Source: Neoechinorhynchus agilis
Taxonomy: Eukaryota > Animalia > Acanthocephala
DNA length: 12,009 nucleotides
Direction: 5' to 3'
Assembly (NCBI GenBank): GCA_051530055.1
Contig: JBMGUZ010000076.1
Span: 1 to 12,009, forward strand
In this document: positions 7,991-12,009 of the stretch, piece by piece
Layout of the letters: each line of letters opens with the position of its first letter
Numbering within the stretch: position 1 is the stretch's first letter
Made by a program: the position numbers and the translations under genes
Notes under the pieces: model-generated
Databases searched by the model: none
What the model saw: the letters and a program-made list of their open reading frames with translations, nothing else
Told to the model about the DNA's origin: nothing

Positions 7991-8852
7991 TTAAGACTCT
8001 CCTTTATTGTCAATTTCAGTCCTTAAATCACATTGAAAATGCTTTTCAAAACTTTGTTCAATCAATTGAGCCACTTCGTCGATCGATCGGGTGATTCCTT
8101 CGGTTTTAAGACTACTCATTTCAACGTCACTTATGAACCGTGATTTTTAATGTCTACTAAAATCAGAGCTCCACTAATCCACATGGGACAATCTTTGAGA
8201 AATAATCAAGATTTGTGGCTACGTTCAATGCGAATCCATGCATAGATATTCCTGAACGTAAATGAACTCCAATACTGCAAATTTTCTTTCCATCTCGACT
8301 ATAGACGCCGAGTCGTGCCTTTTCAAGATCAGCGTAGCATCCAGAAAGGCCAACATTTTCAACTGCGTCAATCACGATCTTTCCAAGAGTCTCCACGTAA
8401 TCAATATTGCTCAATCGACGTCGATGAAGCCGTAAAAGTGGATATCCTATCAATTGACCGGGTCCATGAAACGTCCAGAGACCACCACGATTGACGCAAA
8501 CAATCTCAGCATCGGTTTCAGTTTTTAATTTCTTCATTTTCCCCTCAAATTCTTCATTACGGAAAGCTCTCAAACCTATCGTATCGAATTCTCATTGTTA
8601 CTGTAAGATAAAGCTAAGAAATAATTCTTCTCCGAAAAAAAGAGCGTAGTTGCCGTGCGTAAATTAACAAGAAATCCAAGATGAGAATTGATGGTTTACT
8701 GTGAAAACGGGATAATGTTCGGTTAATAAGAAAGCCTCGGGTTCATTGGGATTATCTTGAATTCTTTGATGAAGATCTGTCTGAATCTTTAAAGCCATCG
8801 AATAATTTGTGGATCCCAATCGATAAAGATTTATTATAGGGCGAAACGCCAT
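7991..8852 (-). CDS. LIPT2: Lipoyl(octanoyl) transferase (LipB/LIPT2), 3 exons: 8852-8701, 8580-8176, 8132-7991; 699 nt, 232 aa
   Basis: Spliced protein MAFRPIINLYRLGSTNYSMALKIQ...LLTEHYPVFT|IGLR...NRGGLWTFHGPGQLIGYP...KKICSIGVH...HGFALN...IVPCGL|SDVEMSSL...EVAQLIEQSFEKHFQCDL...GES*. All LipB hallmarks are present (EHxPVxTxG, RGGxxTxHGPGQ, catalytic Lys in KIxxIG, HGxALN, catalytic Cys in PCG) and no exon has an internal stop. Exact splice positions are ambiguous by 1-3 nt. Confidence 0.93.
8133..8175 (-). other. LIPT2 intron 2, 43 nt, non-canonical AG...AT (equivalent shift GT...TA; GG...AG also keeps frame)
   Basis: Joining VPCGL to SDVEMSSL requires removing 43 nt. The GT...AG pair (8174 to 8130) gives TTA-TGA, a stop. 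Internal hairpin on the + strand: TGATTTT (8141-8147) with AAAATCA (8159-8165). Confidence 0.68.
8581..8700 (-). other. LIPT2 intron 1, 120 nt, non-canonical AG...AC (one-base alternative GT...CG)
   Basis: Restoring PVFT-IGLR requires removing exactly 120 nt that contain in-frame stops. No single GT-AG pair here keeps the frame. The intron carries a subterminal inverted repeat: + strand ATCGAATTCTCAT (8583-8595) against ATGAGAATTGAT (8681-8692), with a perfect 9-bp core. Confidence 0.72.
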
Positions 8853-9045
8853 TTGTTCACTTTAATAGAGACTGGTTTTGTTCGCCAATAACGTATTCTT
8901 CTGTATTACTGATCATAATCCCCATGTGGATAAAAAAATATTTTATTGAGAGATATTTCGAAGGAGAAAGCGTTGCCTCATCGGTCATCTAAATGTTTTT
9001 ATTGGATTACTCTTTTAGACGGGGAAAAGATACTTTCTTTTTTGG

Positions 9046-9255
9046 TAGTTTCGCCACCTCGCCGGATTTACTAATCTATATTTCCCCGATAATTCACCTC
9101 TCGGATAATTCTCCGGCATTTCCTCTCAAGGTTTGTGATGGCTATTTAGAAAAACTTAAAAGCAATCACAAGCCTTGAGAAGAAATGTCGGAGAATTATC
9201 CGAGAGGTGAAATATCGGGGAAATAAATCAAGGAATCCGGGGGTTGGCGAAACTA
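9046..9255. repeat. Long fold-back (MITE-like) palindrome; ancestral-looking first unit of the satellite (unit spans ~8993-9270)
   Basis: 61-bp arms at 9079-9139 and 9165-9225 match at 57/61 as reverse complements, around a partly self-complementary 25-nt spacer. The outer pair TAGTTTCGCCA (9046-9056) / TGGCGAAACTA (9245-9255) is perfect, and CCGGATT/AATCCGG lies in between. Confidence 0.88.
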
Positions 9256-9270
9256 AGAAAATGAAAAAGT

Positions 9271-12009
9271 ATGTCTTGGATTATTGTTTTCGGACGAAAA
9301 GAAACTTTCTTTTTTGGTAGTTTTGCCACCCCGCCGGATTTACTAATCTATATTTCCCCGATATTTCACCTCTCGGAAAATTCTCCGGCATTTCCTCTCA
9401 AGGTTTGTCTTTGTCGTAGAATTATCCGAGAGGTGAAATATCGGGGAAATAAATCAAGGAATCCGGGGGTTGGCGAAACTAAGAAAATGAAAAAGTATGT
9501 CTTGGATTATTGTTTTCGGACGAAAAGAAACTTTCTTTTTTGGTAGTTTTGCCACCCCGCCGGATTTACTAATCTATATTTCCCCGATATTTCACCTCTC
9601 GGATAATTCTCCGGCATTTCCTCTCAAGGTTTGTCTTTGTCGTAGAATTATCCGAGAGGTGAAATATCGGGGAAATAAATCAAGGAATCCGGGGTTGGCG
9701 AAACTAAGAAAATGAAAAAGTATGTCTTGGATTATTGTTTTCGGACAAAAAGAAACTTTTTTGGTAGTTTTGCCACCCCGCCTGATTTACTAATCTATAT
9801 TTCCCCGATATTTCACCTCTCGGAAAATTCCGGCATTTCCTCTCAAGGTTTGTCTTTGTCGTAGAATTATCCGAGAGGTGAAATATCGGGGAAATAAATC
9901 AAGGAATCCGGGGTTGGCGAAACTAAGAAAATGAAAAAGTATGTTTGGATTATTGTTTTCGGACAAAAGAGACTTTTTTTGTAGTTTTGCCACCCCGCCT
10001 GATTTACTAATCTATATTTCCCCGATATTCACCTCTCGGAAAATTCTCCGGCATTTCCTCTCAAGGTTTGTCTTTGTCGTAGAATTATCCGAGAGGTGAA
10101 ATATCGGGGAAATAAATCAAGGAATCCGGGGTTAAACAAGAAAATGAAAAAGTATGTCTTGATTATTGTTTTCGGACAAAAAGAAACTTTCTTTTGTAGT
10201 TTTGCCACCCCGCCTGATTTACTAATCTATATTTCCCCGATATTTCACCTCTCGGAAAATTCTCCGGCATTTCCTCTCAAGGTTTGTCTTTGTCGTAGAA
10301 TTATCCGAGAGGTGAAATATCGGGGAAATAAATCAAGGAATCCGGGGTTGGCGAAACTAAGAAAATGAAAAAGTATGTCTTGGATTATTGTTTTCGGACG
10401 AAAAGAAACTTTCTTTTTTGGTAGTTTTGCCACCCCGCCTGATTTACTAATCTATTTCCCCGATATTTCACCTCTCGGAAAATTCTCCGGCATTTCCTCT
10501 CAAGGTTTGTCTTTGTCGTAGAATTATCCGAGAGGTGAAATATCGGGGAAATAAATCAAGGAATCCGGGGTTGGCGAAACTAAGAAAATGAAAAAGTATG
10601 TCTTGGATTATTGTTTTCGGACGAAAAGAAACTTTCTTTTTTGGTAGTTTTGCCACCCCGCCTGATTTACTAATCTATATTTCCCCGATATTTCACCTCT
10701 CGGAAAATTCTCCGGCATTTCCTCTCAAGGTTTGTCTTTGTCGTAGAATTATCCGAGAGGTGAAATATCGGGGAAATAAATCAAGGAATCCGGGGTTGGC
10801 GAAACTAAGAAAATGAAAAAGTATGTCTTGGATTATTGTTTTCGGACGAAAAGAGACTTTCTTTTTTGGTAGTTTTGCCACCCCGCCTGATTTACTAATC
10901 TATATTTCCCCGATATTTCACCTCTCGGAAAATTCTCCGGCATTTCCTCTCAAGGTTTGTCTTTGTCGTAGAATTATCCGAGAGGTGAAATATCGGGGAA
11001 ATAAATCAAGGAATCCGGGGTTGGCGAAACTAAGAAAATGAAAAAGTATGTCTTGGATTATTGTTTTCGGACGAAAAGAAACTTTCTTTTTTGGTAGTTT
11101 TGCCACCCCGCCTGATTTACTAATCTATATTTCCCCGATATTTCACCTCTCGGAAAATTCTCCGGCATTTCCTCTCAAGGTTTGTCTTTGTCGTAGAATT
11201 ATCCGAGAGGTGAAATATCGGGGAAATAAATCAAGGAATCCGGGGTTGGCGAAACTAAGAAAATGAAAAAGTATGTCTTGGATTATTGTTTTCGGACGAA
11301 AAGAAACTTTCTTTTTTGGTAGTTTTGCCACCCCGCCTGATTTACTAATCTATATTTCCCCGATATTTCACCTCTCGGAAAATTCTCCGGCATTTCCTCT
11401 CAAGGTTTGTCTTTGTCGTAGAATTATCCGAGAGGTGAAATATCGGGGAAATAAATCAAGGAACGGGGTTGGCGAAACTAAGAAAATGAAAAGTATGTCT
11501 TGGATTATTGTTTTGACGAAAAGAGACTTTCTTTTTTGGTAGTTTTGCCACCCCGCCTGATTTACTAATCTATATTTCCCCGATATTTCACCTCTCGGAA
11601 AATTCTCCGGCATTTCCTCTCAAGGTTTGTCTTTGTCGTAGAATTATCCGAGAGGTGAAATATCGGGGAAATAAATCAAGGAATCCGGGGTTGGCGAAAC
11701 TAAGAAAATGAAAAAGTATGTCTTGGATTATTGTTTTCGGACGAAAAGAGACTTTCTTTTTTGGTAGTTTTGCCACCCCGCCTGATTTACTAATCTATAT
11801 TTCCCCGATATTTCACCTCTCGGAAAATTCTCCGGCATTTCCTCTCAAGGTTTGTCTTTGTCGTAGAATTATCCGAGAGGTGAAATATCGGGGAAATAAA
11901 TCAAGGAATCCGGGGTTGGCGAAACTAAGAAAATGAAAAAGTATGTCTTGGATTATTGTTTTCGGACGAAAAGAGACTTTCTTTTTTGGTAGTTTTGCCA
12001 CCCCGCCTG
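9271..12009. repeat. Tandem satellite with ~225-bp palindromic monomer; 12 full units plus a partial one, running off the window
   Basis: Unit starts (ATGTCTTG-like) at 9271, 9497, 9722, 9941, 10154, 10375, 10598, 10823, 11048, 11273, 11495, 11718 and 11943; lengths 213-226. Each unit has a 34-bp inverted repeat (TATTTCCCCGATATTTCACCTCTCGGA(A/T)AATTCT with AGAATTATCCGAGAGGTGAAATATCGGGGAAATA) plus weaker outer arms. Confidence 0.98.

Noticed and set aside
7804-8013. 69-aa minus-strand ORF overlapping the LIPT2 stop, and a 13-bp direct repeat (7843-7855, 7878-7890)
   Set aside because: AT-rich 3' UTR or intergenic sequence with no motif; a short repeat is unremarkable at this composition.
8576-8699. 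Canonical GT-AG model for LIPT2 intron 1, including a micro-exon variant
   Set aside because: GT(8699)...AG(8576) gives ACA-GTT-TGA. A micro-exon model (from 8631 or 8628 to 8603) keeps frame but needs a 26-nt intron and replaces the conserved T-I-G with unrelated residues.
8587-9200. Shared AATTCTC/GAGAATT heptamer between the intron-1 inverted repeat and the satellite arms
   Set aside because: Only 7 bp in AT-rich DNA with no extension; insufficient to link the intron to the satellite.
8993-12001. Repeated 61-91 aa ORFs (MSWIIVFGRK..., MAKLPKKK...)
   Set aside because: They are by-products of a monomer whose length is divisible by 3, occur on both strands, are broken by indels in several units and have no recognisable domain.
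9271-12009. CRISPR array interpretation of the palindromic repeats
   Set aside because: Units are ~225 bp and near-identical over their full length, with no unique spacers and no cas genes, in a eukaryotic context.

Overview
Eukaryotic (probably animal) genomic DNA with three zones. (1) 1-7784 is decayed, partly nested non-LTR retrotransposon sequence, all on the + strand: two distinct CRE-clade RT/restriction-like-endonuclease elements (1-1572 and ~4776-7784), a CR1/L2-group APE-RT LINE with an intact 3' stem-loop and tail (~1646-4210), and a ~365-nt Penelope-like 3' fragment with a hammerhead-like motif inserted in the second CRE copy. A weak rhomboid-like coding remnant lies at ~4243-4750. 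(2) 7991-8852 (-) is an apparently intact lipoyl(octanoyl) transferase gene (LIPT2/lipB, 232 aa). It can be assembled into a homology-consistent ORF only with non-GT-AG introns: best read as AG...AC (120 nt) and AG...AT (43 nt), both with internal inverted repeats. A third AG...AC candidate with perfect 15-bp terminal inverted repeats sits at 4511-4563. AG/AC and AG/AT transposon-like introns are established for the larvacean tunicate Fritillaria borealis, so that lineage is a plausible source, but this is inference only. (3) ~8993-12009 is a ~225-bp satellite (12 full units plus a partial one). Each unit is a fold-back, apparently derived by internal deletion from a longer, more perfect palindrome preserved at the left edge of the array. 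All alignments and family assignments were done by eye from motif recall, with no database search.
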